Of a DNA stretch of 64,000 nt, positions 22,459 to 31,833 are shown in pieces. The translations under genes and the position numbers were made by a program. Positions within the stretch are counted from its first letter, which is position 1, and each line of letters begins with the position of its first letter. The notes beneath the pieces are model-generated. The model saw nothing but the letters and a program-made list of their open reading frames with translations, was not told where the DNA came from and ran no database searches. The DNA lies in the NCBI GenBank assembly GCA_963813715.1, contig CAWFAK010000012.1:64001-128000 (forward strand), written 5' to 3'. This DNA is from an uncultured Planctomycetaceae bacterium (GTDB taxonomy: Bacteria; Planctomycetota; Planctomycetia; Planctomycetales; Planctomycetaceae).

Positions 22459-22842
22459 ATGGGTCGGCTGGAGCAGACTCAGTTCCACAAGGTCTTCCTG
22501 ACCGAACTCGAAGGGCACACCCTCGTCGTGGCGCCTCGGGGAGACGCGGTCGGCTTTCGCGATTCGGACGTGGCCGGCGAACTCAGTAACCTGCTCTCGC
22601 TCATCGGCACGCCGGGCATCGTCAATCTGGTCGTCGACCTGAGCAGCTCCGAGTATTTCGGCTCGACGATGATCGGCGCGATCAATGAGCTGGGCACCCG
22701 GTTCCGCGAGATCGGCGGGAAGACCGCCTTGTGCGAAGTCTCGCCGCAAATGTCCGACGTGCTCGAGATCATGCACCTGGGCGACGTGTGGATGAAGTTC
22801 GACACGCGCAAAATCGCCCTGCGCTACATGAGCAAGTTTTGA
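22459..22842 (+). CDS. STAS domain protein (anti-sigma-factor antagonist-like)
   Basis: [25 protein letters not shown]. Confidence 0.8.
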   Translation: MGRLEQTQFHKVFLTELEGHTLVVAPRGDAVGFRDSDVAGELSNLLSLIGTPGIVNLVVDLSSSEYFGSTMIGAINELGTRFREIGGKTALCEVSPQMSDVLEIMHLGDVWMKFDTRKIALRYMSKF

Positions 22843-24365
22843 GCGCCGACGTCCTGCTTGCCGCGCTCAACGCCCGCTATGCGCACGCGGCCTTCGGCCT
22901 CCGCTACCTGCTGGCCAACATGGGCGAGCTGACGCCGCGGACCGAGCTGGTGGAGTTCGTCGCAAACTCGCCGAGCGAACAAATTCTCCAGTCGCTGCTC
23001 GCCCGCAATCCCCGCATTCTGGGGCTGGGTGTTTACATCTGGAATGTGGAGGCAGCCACGCGGCTCGTCCGGGAATTGAAGCGGGTGCGGCCCGAGCTGG
23101 TCATCGTCCTCGGCGGACCGGAAGTCAGTTATGAAACCGACGACCAGGAGATCGTGCGGCTGGCCGACTACACGGTCTGCGGAGAAGCCGATCTCGCCTT
23201 CGCCGCGCTCTGCCGGCAAATCCTGGCCGGCGACGCGCCCGAGCGCCGCGTGATCGCAGCCGAGATACCCGTCCTCGACCGGCTGGCGCTGCCCTATCAC
23301 CTTTACACGGACGAAGACATCGCCCGGCGGGTGATTTATGTCGAGGCGTCGCGGGGCTGCCCCTATTCGTGCGAGTTCTGCCTGTCGGCGCTGGAGATTC
23401 CCGTCCGCCAGTTCGCGCTCGATCCCTTCCTGGCGGCTCTCGGCGAGCTGTTCGCGCGCGGCACGCGTCAGTTCAAGTTCGTCGATCGCACGTTCAATCT
23501 AAATCTGCGGACCAGCCGGGCGATTCTCGATTTCTTTTACGAGCGGTACGAACCGGGGCTGTTTTTGCACTTCGAGATGATCCCCGATCGCTTCCCCGAG
23601 GCGCTTCGCGACGCGATCCGTCGTTTTCCGCCCGGGGCGCTGCAATTCGAGGTCGGCGTGCAGTCTTTCAACGAAGAGACGGCCGAGCTGATCAGCCGCC
23701 GGCAGGACAATCGCAGGCTCGAGGAAAATCTGCGGTTTCTCCGCGCGGAGACCGGCGTCCACGTCCACGCCGACCTGATCGTCGGCCTGCCGGGCGAGTC
23801 GCTGGAGAGTTTTGGCGCCGGGTTCGATCGGCTACTCGCCCTCGGCCCGCAAGAAATTCAGGTCGGTATGTTGAAGCGGCTGCGCGGCACTCCCATCATC
23901 CGGCACGACGTCGAGTGGGCCATGCGCTACAGCCCGCGACCCCCCTACGAGATTCTCTCCAACCGACTGATCGACGAGCCCACGATGGCGCGCTTAGCCC
24001 GCTTCGCGCGGTTTTGGGACCTCGTCGCCAACAGCGGCAACTTCATCGAGTCGGCGCCGCGACTGTGGCGCGACGGTTCGCCCTTCGCCAGCTTCATCGC
24101 GTTTTCCGACTGGCTCTATGCGCGACTGGGCCGCACGTGGGCAATTCCGCTGGTCGAGCTGGCTGAAAGCGTCTTCGTTTATCTGGTCGATGTGCTCGGC
24201 CACGACGCGCAAGCGACGGCCGAGACGATCTGGCGGGACTACCAGCGCGGCAACCGCCCCGACCGCCCCGCCTTCTTGAGCCCGTACGTCGAGCCGCCGT
24301 CCCGTCGCGCACTGCTCGGCCAACCGTCCCGCGCCCGCCGCCAGGCACGCCACCAACTTTCGTAG
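22839..24365 (+). CDS. B12-binding radical SAM protein (DUF4080-type)
   Basis: [55 protein letters not shown] start overlapping the STAS stop. Confidence 0.88.
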   Translation: MSADVLLAALNARYAHAAFGLRYLLANMGELTPRTELVEFVANSPSEQILQSLLARNPRILGLGVYIWNVEAATRLVRELKRVRPELVIVLGGPEVSYETDDQEIVRLADYTVCGEADLAFAALCRQILAGDAPERRVIAAEIPVLDRLALPYHLYTDEDIARRVIYVEASRGCPYSCEFCLSALEIPVRQFALDPFLAALGELFARGTRQFKFVDRTFNLNLRTSRAILDFFYERYEPGLFLHFEMIPDRFPEALRDAIRRFPPGALQFEVGVQSFNEETAELISRRQDNRRLEENLRFLRAETGVHVHADLIVGLPGESLESFGAGFDRLLALGPQEIQVGMLKRLRGTPIIRHDVEWAMRYSPRPPYEILSNRLIDEPTMARLARFARFWDLVANSGNFIESAPRLWRDGSPFASFIAFSDWLYARLGRTWAIPLVELAESVFVYLVDVLGHDAQATAETIWRDYQRGNRPDRPAFLSPYVEPPSRRALLGQPSRARRQARHQLS

Positions 24366-24627
24366 CCGACTCACCGTTGGGGCGAGGCACGGACAAATCG
24401 GCGCAGGTTCTCAAGGAAATGCACCGGGCGACGAATAGCTCTCCAGGCGAAGCTGCGCCTGCATGACTGCTCCGCCCCAACTCCCGAACTCCCTGAGACC
24501 TTGGATGGTTAAGCCATCCGTTTGAACGGGCGCACCGAGCGAATTCCGCTCTTCTCGCGCAACTGTCGCGCGCTTAGGATCCGGCGAAGACGACACGCCC
24601 GCTGCGATTTTGAGGAGACTGCCGACC

Positions 24628-26442
24628 ATGTCCACTCCCGTGGCTCAGACAGAATCGATCCCGCAGCCCATGATTCCGGTCGCCAAGCCGCGGCCGCGGC
24701 TCCGCGTTTGGCCGGCCGTGGTCATCGCCGTTGCCTATTGGGTCGCGATCGCGACGATCGTGAAACTCGACATGGTGATCTCGCAGACCTTCTTCTCGAC
24801 AGTGATCACCAGCTTCGTCACCGGACTGGCGTTCATAGTCTGGCTTTACTCCCGCCGCGCGCTACCCGGCAAGGATCGGTTGATTCTGTTGGCCGCGCTG
24901 ATCGTTGCCACGGCACTCGTCATCGTGTTGGGCGATCCGTCGGTCGGTCCGATGGGACTGATCTTTGCCGGACCGGGAATTCTCTGCACCGCCGCCGCGG
25001 TCTGGCTGTTGATCGCCCGCAAGTGGTCGACAACCGTCATCCGCAACGGGCTGTTGGTGCTGCTGGCGTTGGTCTGGGGTCAATTTCTGGCGGTTCGTAT
25101 CAACGGCGTCGACGGACGTCAGTCCGCGTCGATTAGCCCGCGTTGGCAAAAGACGGCCGAAGACCTCTATCTGGCCGAACGCGCATCGACGTCGACCGCG
25201 GCGACGCCGGCGAACGCCGAGCCTGCTGATACACACCCGCTAACGCTGGCCTCGGGAGATTGGCCCGATTTCCGCGGCGAAAACCGGCAAGGCGAGCTCC
25301 ACGGCGTCAAAATCCCCACGGATTGGAAGGCCGCGCCGCCGAAGCTGTTGTGGAAGCAACGCATCGGCCCCGCCTGGTCGTCGTTCGTGGTGTTGGGCAA
25401 TCGGCTGTTCACGCAGGAGCAGCGCGGCAAAGATGAAGCCGTCGTCTGCCTCGACGCAGCCACCGGCAAGGAGCTGTGGGCCCACCTCAACGACGGACGC
25501 TTCTCCGACGGTCAGGCCGGCGCGGGCCCGCGGTCGAGCCCCGTCTTTGCCGACGGCCGAATTTACACAATGGGCGCCACGGGCGTCGTCAATTGCCTCG
25601 ACGCAGCGACGGGCAAGCAAATCTGGTCCAAGGACGCGGCGAAAGAGGCCGGAGCCAAAGCTCCGATGTGGGGCTTTTCCAGCTCGCCGCTCGTGACCGG
25701 CGGCATGGTCATCGTCTATGCGGGCGGACCGGGAGATAAAGGCCTCCTCGCGTATCGGACGAAAGATGGCCAACTCGCCTGGTCCGCGGCGACCGGTCCG
25801 ATCAGTTACAGCTCGGCCCAGCTCGTGAAGTTCGGCACCGAAACGCAAGTCCTCTTCCTCAGCGACAACGGCTTGATCGCCATCGATCCGGCCACCGGCA
25901 AGCAGCGGTGGAGTTACGATGCGCCTGCTCCCCAGATGTGGCGCGTCGCTCAGCCGCGACAGATCGACGGCTCGGCCATTCTCTTCGGCTCCGAGGATCT
26001 GGGTCTGGTGCGGCTCGACCTGACGCCGCACAGCGACGGCACCTGGACGACGAACGTCGCCTGGAAGTCTCAGGCCCTGCGCCCGGCGTACAACGACTTC
26101 GTCTACCAGGACGGATTCGTCTACGGCCTCGACAAGGGCCTCTTGTGCTGCGTCGACGCCAAAACGGGCGAACGGCGCTGGAAGCAGGGCCGCTACGGCT
26201 TCGGCCAGATCCTGTTGCTGGCCGATCAGAAGCTCTTGTTTGTGATTTCCGAGTACGGCAAAGGCGTGCTGGTGGTGGCCACGCCCGAGCACTTTCAGGA
26301 AGTCGGGGGCTTCGAAGCGATCAGCGGCAAAACCTGGAATCATCCGGTCATCGCCCACGGCCGCCTCTACGCCCGCAACAGCGAAGAAATCGCCTGCTAC
26401 CAGCTCGCGCCGCCCGAGACGCACACGGCACAGGCGCGCTAG
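24628..26442 (+). CDS. membrane-anchored PQQ-like/BamB-like beta-propeller repeat protein
   Basis: N-terminal TM helices; DWPDFRG; repeated CLDAATGKELW; WNHPVIAHGRLYARN. Confidence 0.85.
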   Translation: MSTPVAQTESIPQPMIPVAKPRPRLRVWPAVVIAVAYWVAIATIVKLDMVISQTFFSTVITSFVTGLAFIVWLYSRRALPGKDRLILLAALIVATALVIVLGDPSVGPMGLIFAGPGILCTAAAVWLLIARKWSTTVIRNGLLVLLALVWGQFLAVRINGVDGRQSASISPRWQKTAEDLYLAERASTSTAATPANAEPADTHPLTLASGDWPDFRGENRQGELHGVKIPTDWKAAPPKLLWKQRIGPAWSSFVVLGNRLFTQEQRGKDEAVVCLDAATGKELWAHLNDGRFSDGQAGAGPRSSPVFADGRIYTMGATGVVNCLDAATGKQIWSKDAAKEAGAKAPMWGFSSSPLVTGGMVIVYAGGPGDKGLLAYRTKDGQLAWSAATGPISYSSAQLVKFGTETQVLFLSDNGLIAIDPATGKQRWSYDAPAPQMWRVAQPRQIDGSAILFGSEDLGLVRLDLTPHSDGTWTTNVAWKSQALRPAYNDFVYQDGFVYGLDKGLLCCVDAKTGERRWKQGRYGFGQILLLADQKLLFVISEYGKGVLVVATPEHFQEVGGFEAISGKTWNHPVIAHGRLYARNSEEIACYQLAPPETHTAQAR

Positions 26443-26570
26443 GGACAGGCTCACTCCTCGGAGGGTGAAGCTATGAGGAGCGGTAAGAGGTAGGCCGAGC
26501 CGGTTGGTGGTTGTGCTTGAACGTGGTAAACGGAGTTTGTTGCCAACCGTTTCCACAAAAGGACACCGCC

Positions 26571-27591
26571 ATGAAATTTGCCGGCTGCGACCTACACAAG
26601 CAGACTATCACGATTTGCGTCGTCGACCAATTGCGGCGGGTCTTGGAGCGTCGGACCGTGCGTTGTGGCGAAGAGCGGAGCATCCTCGCATTTTTCGAGA
26701 GGCTCGGGGAGTTCGAGGCTGTCGTGGAAGCGACCGCCAGCTACGAATGGTTCGTGCGATTGATCGAGCCCGTGGCCCATCGCGTGTTGTTGGCTCACCC
26801 CAAGAAGCTGCGTGTGATTGCCGAGAGCACGCGTAAAAGCGATCGGCTCGACGCGCAAATCCTCGCGGAGTTCCTGGCCTTGGAGATGATTCCGACGTCT
26901 TACCGCGCGACTCCGCGGCAGCATGAGCATCGACGACTGGTGCGTCAGCGGGGCGGCGTTCAACGGCGATTGACCTCCGTCAAGAACCGTCTGCGCCGCA
27001 TTCTCTGCGACTACAACGCGGATCGTCCCAGTCTGTTCACCGTGGACGGGTTGGCGTATCTCGCCCAAGTGCCTCTCTTGGGAGCGGATCGGTTCGCCGT
27101 GGATCAAATGGTCGAAGAGTTGCACTTCGGGAGGCGTCAGCTGCTGGCCGTCAACGCCCGGCTGAAGGAGTTCGCCGAGGCGGCGCCGCTTTGCGAGCAG
27201 GAAAGCGCGGACGCTGTTGCGGACGATCCCCGGAGTGGGCTTCGTGACCACCGAAGTTGTGCTGGCCGAGCTGGCAGACATTGATCGCTTCGGTTCGCAA
27301 AAGCGGGTCGTCGCTTACGCAGGGCTCTCACCGGGTCAACGCGAGAGTGCGGGCAAGAGTCGGGAGCTGCACCTGGAGAAGAACGGTTCGACGCTGCTGC
27401 GCTCGACGCTGGTCGAAGCCGCCTGGCGGCTGGTTCAGCACTCGTTACGTTGGCGTCGGATTTATGAACGATTGAAGTTGCGCGTGCGTGCCAAGAAGGC
27501 GATCGTCGCCGTGGCCCGCCGGTTGTTGTGCCTGATGACAGCGATCTTGAAGACGGGCCAACCCTACTCGCTCAGCCAGCAACCGACTTAA
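26571..27591 (+). CDS. IS110 family transposase/recombinase (frameshift near 27210)
   Basis: GCDLHK, VVEAT, KSDRLDA (DEDD); TIPGVG; AYAGLSPGQRESAG with the conserved Ser; KKAIVAVARRL. Confidence 0.92.
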
Positions 27592-27649
27592 ATCCCTGAC
27601 CTTGGCAGGAGAGCACAAAACAAAACATCGATCGAAAGCGCTGCGACGA

Positions 27650-27800
27650 CCCACAGACGACCCCGCCCCCGGCCATGAAGGCGTTCCCTCAAAAGAGCGA
27701 CCTTCGAAGGGTGAATGGGGCGTCTCTCGAAAGTCGGCTTCCTGGCGACATCGACGGACCTGTTCCAGACCGTTGGTGATCCCGAATAGATGGTTGAGCG
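27650..27800 (+). ncRNA. putative bridge RNA / seekRNA (ends approximate)
   Basis: two stem-internal-loop modules whose loop segments match the target flank (CCCCGGCCA, AGGGTG) and the donor junction (GCTTC, ATAGATG). Confidence 0.72.
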
Positions 27801-27866
27801 TACCGCATCGCCCAGATCACCACTTCAAACGCAAAAACCAACCCTTGACGCTACCCTTCTCATAGA

Positions 27867-27983
27867 TGGCCGGGGCGCTCCGCGTAGCGGAAGCCCCGGA
27901 ACATCGCCGACATCATTTCGTTAGTCATGCCTCTTTGAAGTGCCAAGACGGGGGCTTCCGCGACGCGGAGCGCCCCGCCACCC
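27867..27983. repeat. REP/REPIN-like inverted repeat pair (IS target)
   Basis: (GGG)TGGCCGGGGCGCTCCGCGTAGCGGAAGCCCC and inverted copy GGGGCTTCCGCGACGCGGAGCGCCCCGCCACCC about 50 nt away. Confidence 0.75.
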
Positions 27984-28069
27984 GTCGGGACCCGGGACTG
28001 GCCGAAGACCTCCGCGCAGGCTATAGAATCTCGCCCCGTTCGGGCTGATCGCAAGGGCCGGCTATCAAC

Positions 28070-28101
28070 AAAAAAGCCCGCGGACATTCCTCCGCGGGCT
28101 T
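28070..28101 (-). terminator. intrinsic terminator
   Basis: GCCCGCGG/CCGCGGGC stem with U6 tract on the minus strand. Confidence 0.75.
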
Positions 28102-28133
28102 GTGTGGTGCTCAGATTGCCACGGGGCAAACGC

Positions 28134-28796
28134 CTAGTCCTTCTTCGCGTTGTGGCTGATGGGAATCGTCACGCAGTACTTGCCGAACATGTTGATCACC
28201 AGCGTCGCCTTGTTGTCCTTGACGTCTTTGATCGTGAGCGCGAGATCGGCCTTGGGCGCGTCGGTGGCCTCTTCGAACGACGACTTCGACAACGGCTCGT
28301 TGCCGCCGCTATACACGTGCAGCTGCCAATCGTCTCCCTCGGCGTGCTTGACGCTGCAGACCAGGCAGGTAATGTCGCGTTCTTCGTCTTCGGTCTTGAA
28401 CTTCAGCTTGCGGAGCTGCTTGTCGGTCGCCGGCTTGCCGTCGACGAGCGGATTGAACTCGGGCGACATGAAGATATAGCACAGGCCGACGCCGCGGTCC
28501 TTCTCCGAGTCCTTGGTGTCGCGGTCTTCGCGAAAGCCTTTGAGCGGGACCAGGATGATGCCCTGGTGCGCGTTCGGATTGAGCAGTCCGACCGCCTTCT
28601 CCGCGTCGGGATCGACTTTGACGGGCAGGTCCTTATAGGTCTTGGTGAGTAGCTCGGTCAGCTTGGCTCCGAATTCCTTCGCGACGTCCGGCTCCATTTC
28701 CGCGAGCGGGCTGTCTTCCGCCCGGCACTTGGTGCCAGCCCACAACACGCACGCCGCCGCACACAGGAAGATCGGAATCAGCTTTCTGGCAAACAT
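28134..28796 (-). CDS. secreted hypothetical protein (paralog 1)
   Basis: signal peptide; aligns along its length with 29100..29813. Confidence 0.85.
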   Translation of the reverse strand: MFARKLIPIFLCAAACVLWAGTKCRAEDSPLAEMEPDVAKEFGAKLTELLTKTYKDLPVKVDPDAEKAVGLLNPNAHQGIILVPLKGFREDRDTKDSEKDRGVGLCYIFMSPEFNPLVDGKPATDKQLRKLKFKTEDEERDITCLVCSVKHAEGDDWQLHVYSGGNEPLSKSSFEEATDAPKADLALTIKDVKDNKATLVINMFGKYCVTIPISHNAKKD

Positions 28797-29048
28797 GCTC
28801 GTACCCTTTGGCCGCAAGGTGAGATTCGTTTGACTGCCGAGGCAAGAAATTTGACGACAGCGCCGGCGCCCGCAGTTCCTACCGCCGCCGGAGCAAATGG
28901 GTTTCAGGAAAACGGGCCGCTGGGCTGCGCGAAGTGCGCGGCTCGCGTTCCTGCCCCGCCGTGGCGGTCGTTCATTCTATGTCGCCCGCGCCGCCCTGAC
29001 CATGACGGGGCGCGCGGGGCCGCCACCGGTCCCAGGTTACAAAAGCGC

Positions 29049-29080
29049 AAAAAAAGCCCGCGGACCTGGGGCCCGCGGGC
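29049..29080 (-). terminator. intrinsic terminator
   Basis: same GCCCGCGG stem with U7 tract on the minus strand. Confidence 0.75.
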
Positions 29081-29099
29081 GGAGAGCTGTCAGCACGAT

Positions 29100-29813
29100 C
29101 TACTTTTTGGAGTCGGCCTTGGTGTCTTTGGCGTCCTTCGTGTCCTTGGCGGCGTCTGTTCCCTTGTGGGCGATGGGGATCGAAGCTGAGTACTTGCCGA
29201 AGATGTTGAAGACCAGGGTGGCCGAGTCTTTCTTCGGATCTTCGATCGTCAGAGCCAGGTCGGGCTTGGGAGCGTTGCTCGCTTCGCCCCAGTTGGTCTT
29301 GATGATCGGATCTTTGTCTTTGCCCCAAACGTAGAGCTCCCAGTCATCGCCTTCGAGATGACGAATCGTGCACAACAGACAGGTGGCGACGCGCTCGGCG
29401 CCCCCTTGACCGTCGTCGAACTTGATCTGGAAGGCCTTCTTGCCGTCGACCGGTTTGCCGTCGATCAGCGGGTTGTAGGTCTGCGACATGCACAGGAAGC
29501 ACACGCCGACGCCCGGATCTTTTTCGACTTCCTTGTTCTCGCGGTCTTCTTTGAAGTTCTTGGCCGGGACCACGATGATCCCCTCGTTCGACTCGGCGTT
29601 GAACAGGCCGCTCGCCTTCTCGAAATTCACTTCGAACTTCGGCTTCGCGTCCTTGTTTTCCTTCGCGAACTGCGTGTGGATCATTTCGCCGAATCGCTTG
29701 GCGATTTCGGGATCCAATTCGGTCAGCGGCGTATCGGCCGCTTGCGCCTTTGCCGCGAACGACAGCATCGAAACCGCGAGGACAAAGACAGAGAACACTC
29801 GTGTCACGACCAT
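29100..29813 (-). CDS. secreted hypothetical protein (paralog 2)
   Basis: signal peptide ending AQA; shares GII.VP.K.F.EDR, FNPL/YNPLIDGKP, EGDDW.L.V and ATLV.N.FGKY with paralog 1. Confidence 0.85.
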   Translation of the reverse strand: MVVTRVFSVFVLAVSMLSFAAKAQAADTPLTELDPEIAKRFGEMIHTQFAKENKDAKPKFEVNFEKASGLFNAESNEGIIVVPAKNFKEDRENKEVEKDPGVGVCFLCMSQTYNPLIDGKPVDGKKAFQIKFDDGQGGAERVATCLLCTIRHLEGDDWELYVWGKDKDPIIKTNWGEASNAPKPDLALTIEDPKKDSATLVFNIFGKYSASIPIAHKGTDAAKDTKDAKDTKADSKK

Positions 29814-30181
29814 GAAACACCCCACAGACAATTGAGTAGGTTTCTTCCCGACGTCGGAAAGCTTGACAACCCAGCCAAAACGGGCCAGCCTTCGCGCCGG
29901 CCAACGCCTCGAATCACGCCAGAGCGTCGTCACCTTGTCTCGCAGATCCGCGGAGTGGTGGCGACGCCACGACGACGCCGTTCGCTTGGACCTCGGCGAT
30001 TGCCGGGCGGACGGTTCAAGTCATCTTAGGGGGTCGCCCTCCGCTTCGCCAACCAAAACGCTCCCCAGCCCCCAAAAACTCACACAGGATAGCTCACGCG
30101 GGCCGTGACCCATGAACAGAATTTGATCCGGGGGAACCGCCCAGCTTCGCGCGGACCGCGCTCCTGCCAAAAACTCAGCCT

Positions 30182-31194
30182 TCAGCCCGCGGCCACCGCC
30201 ACGAAGCGACCCGTCCGCTGGCTCTCGAACACGGCTTCGATCACCCGCATATTCGCCACCGCGTCCGTAATCTTGGGCAAGGCCGGCGTGCCGTTCCGCA
30301 CCGCCCGCGAAAACGCGTCTCCCTGCAGCCCGTACTGGTTGCACACCGGCAGCAGAATCTCCTCGACGGGTCCGCCCGGCTTGTTCCCCGCGTAGTGCCA
30401 AATGCGGGCCGGGCGGTCGGGCGGCGCGTTGAACGGGATCTCGATCTCGATTCGTCCCTCCGTCCCCAGCAGGTTCACCCGCTGATAGGGCGCCAGTTGC
30501 GTCGAGCAGGTGAACGTGGAGGTGCCGGTCTCGAAATCCAAGATCGCCGACGCCAGCCGGTCCGTCCCGAATCGCGGGTCGAACTCGACCCAGCCGGCCA
30601 CGCGCTTGGGCTCGCGCCGAAAAACAGCCGCGAGAGCGAGATCGGATAACAGCCGATATCCATCACCCCGCCGCCGCCAATGTCGGCCTGATTGCGAACG
30701 TTGGCCGGATCGTCGTTGTAATAGGAGAAGAAGTTTTGAAGCGTGCGGAGCGAACCGATGCCTCCGTCCCGCACGATCGCGCTCGCCCGCTGCCACTGCG
30801 GGTGGTGCGGATAGACAAAGGCCTCGACGACCGAGAGCGTCGGGTGTCGTTCCGCCGCGGCCACCAGTTGCTCCGCCTCGGCCGCGGAAAGAGCGATCGG
30901 CTTCTCGCAGAGCACGTGCTTGCCGGCCTCGAGCGCGCGGATCGACCAGGGAACGTGCAGATGGTTGGGGAGCGGATTGTAGATCGCCTCGATCTGCGGG
31001 TCGGCCACCAGCGCTGCGTAGGAGCCGTAGGCGCGGGGAATCCCCAACTTCGCAGCCGCTGCGTCCGCCCGCGACTGTTCCCGCGAGGCAATGGCCACAA
31101 TCTCGCAGAGCTCGGCCTGCTGCATCGCGGGAATGACTTTGTTCACCCCGATGGCCGCCGTGCTCAACACGCCCCAGCGAACTTTTTGCATCAC
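30182..31194 (-). CDS. Gfo/Idh/MocA family oxidoreductase (frameshift near 30620)
   Basis: VRWGVLSTA, YNPLPNHLH, GKHVLCEKP, GGG.MDIGCY, GTEGRIEIEIPF. Confidence 0.9.
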
Positions 31195-31317
31195 GGCCTC
31201 TTGTCGTCTCTCGCCACGCGTTTCCGGGTTTTGGGTTCCGTTCTAGCCTTGAATCGCTGACACTGGCAAGTCGCCGTGTGACGGGGCCAGAGTTCACGTC
31301 AGCCGCGAAGGCGTGCC

Positions 31318-31821
31318 GTGTACGAAACACTCGAGACCGAGCGACTGAAACTCCGCAAGTTCGTCGAGGCCGACCTCGACGACTACGCGCGGATGTGCGC
31401 CGATCCCGAGATGATGCGGTACATCGGCACGGGCATGCTGCTTTCGCGCGCGGACGCGTGGCGCTCGCTGGCCATGCTCTTGGGTCATTGGCAGCTGCGG
31501 GGCTACGGCATGTGGGCCGTTGAAGAGAAGGCGACCGGCGCATTCATCGGCCGGCTCGGCCTGCACTATCCTGAAGGTTGGCCCGGGATCGAAGTCGGCT
31601 GGTTCCTCGATCGGGCGCGCTGGGGTCAAGGCCTGGCGACCGAGGGGGCGCGGGCGGCGATCGCCTTCGGCTTCGAGCGTCTCGGGCTCGAACGCATTTG
31701 CAGCGTGATCCATCCGCAAAACACGGCGTCGATCCGCGTGGCGGAAAAACTCGGGATGACCGCGGAACGCCCGGCCCAAATTCTCGGTGTCGACGTGGTG
31801 ATCTACTCGCGCCCTCGCTGA
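31318..31821 (+). CDS. GNAT (RimJ/RimL-type) acetyltransferase
   Basis: LETERLKLR, WGQGLATE, NTASIRVAEKLG. Confidence 0.9.
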   Translation: MYETLETERLKLRKFVEADLDDYARMCADPEMMRYIGTGMLLSRADAWRSLAMLLGHWQLRGYGMWAVEEKATGAFIGRLGLHYPEGWPGIEVGWFLDRARWGQGLATEGARAAIAFGFERLGLERICSVIHPQNTASIRVAEKLGMTAERPAQILGVDVVIYSRPR

Positions 31822-31833
31822 TCGGCTCGCACA

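Larger units (their letters stand above)
26468..27868 (+). mobile_element. IS110-family (IS1111-type) insertion sequence, about 1.4 kb
   Basis: DEDD transposase; sub-terminal inverted repeats CTATGAG (26471-26477) / CTCATAG (27859-27865); TG core at both junctions (26466-26467, 27867-27868); long 3' non-coding end; removing the element restores a REP-like arm. Confidence 0.9.

Noticed and set aside
19992..24365. Cys-rich protein plus B12 radical SAM as a RiPP cluster
   Set aside because: The genes are divergent and separated by unrelated genes. The rSAM looks like the widespread DUF4080 type without RRE/SPASM, and the Cys-rich protein has a signal peptide.
24628..26442. PQQ-dependent dehydrogenase served by the pqq operon
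   Set aside because: Generic BamB-like propeller of a family expanded in planctomycetes; no dehydrogenase active-site motifs seen; 27 kb from the pqq operon.
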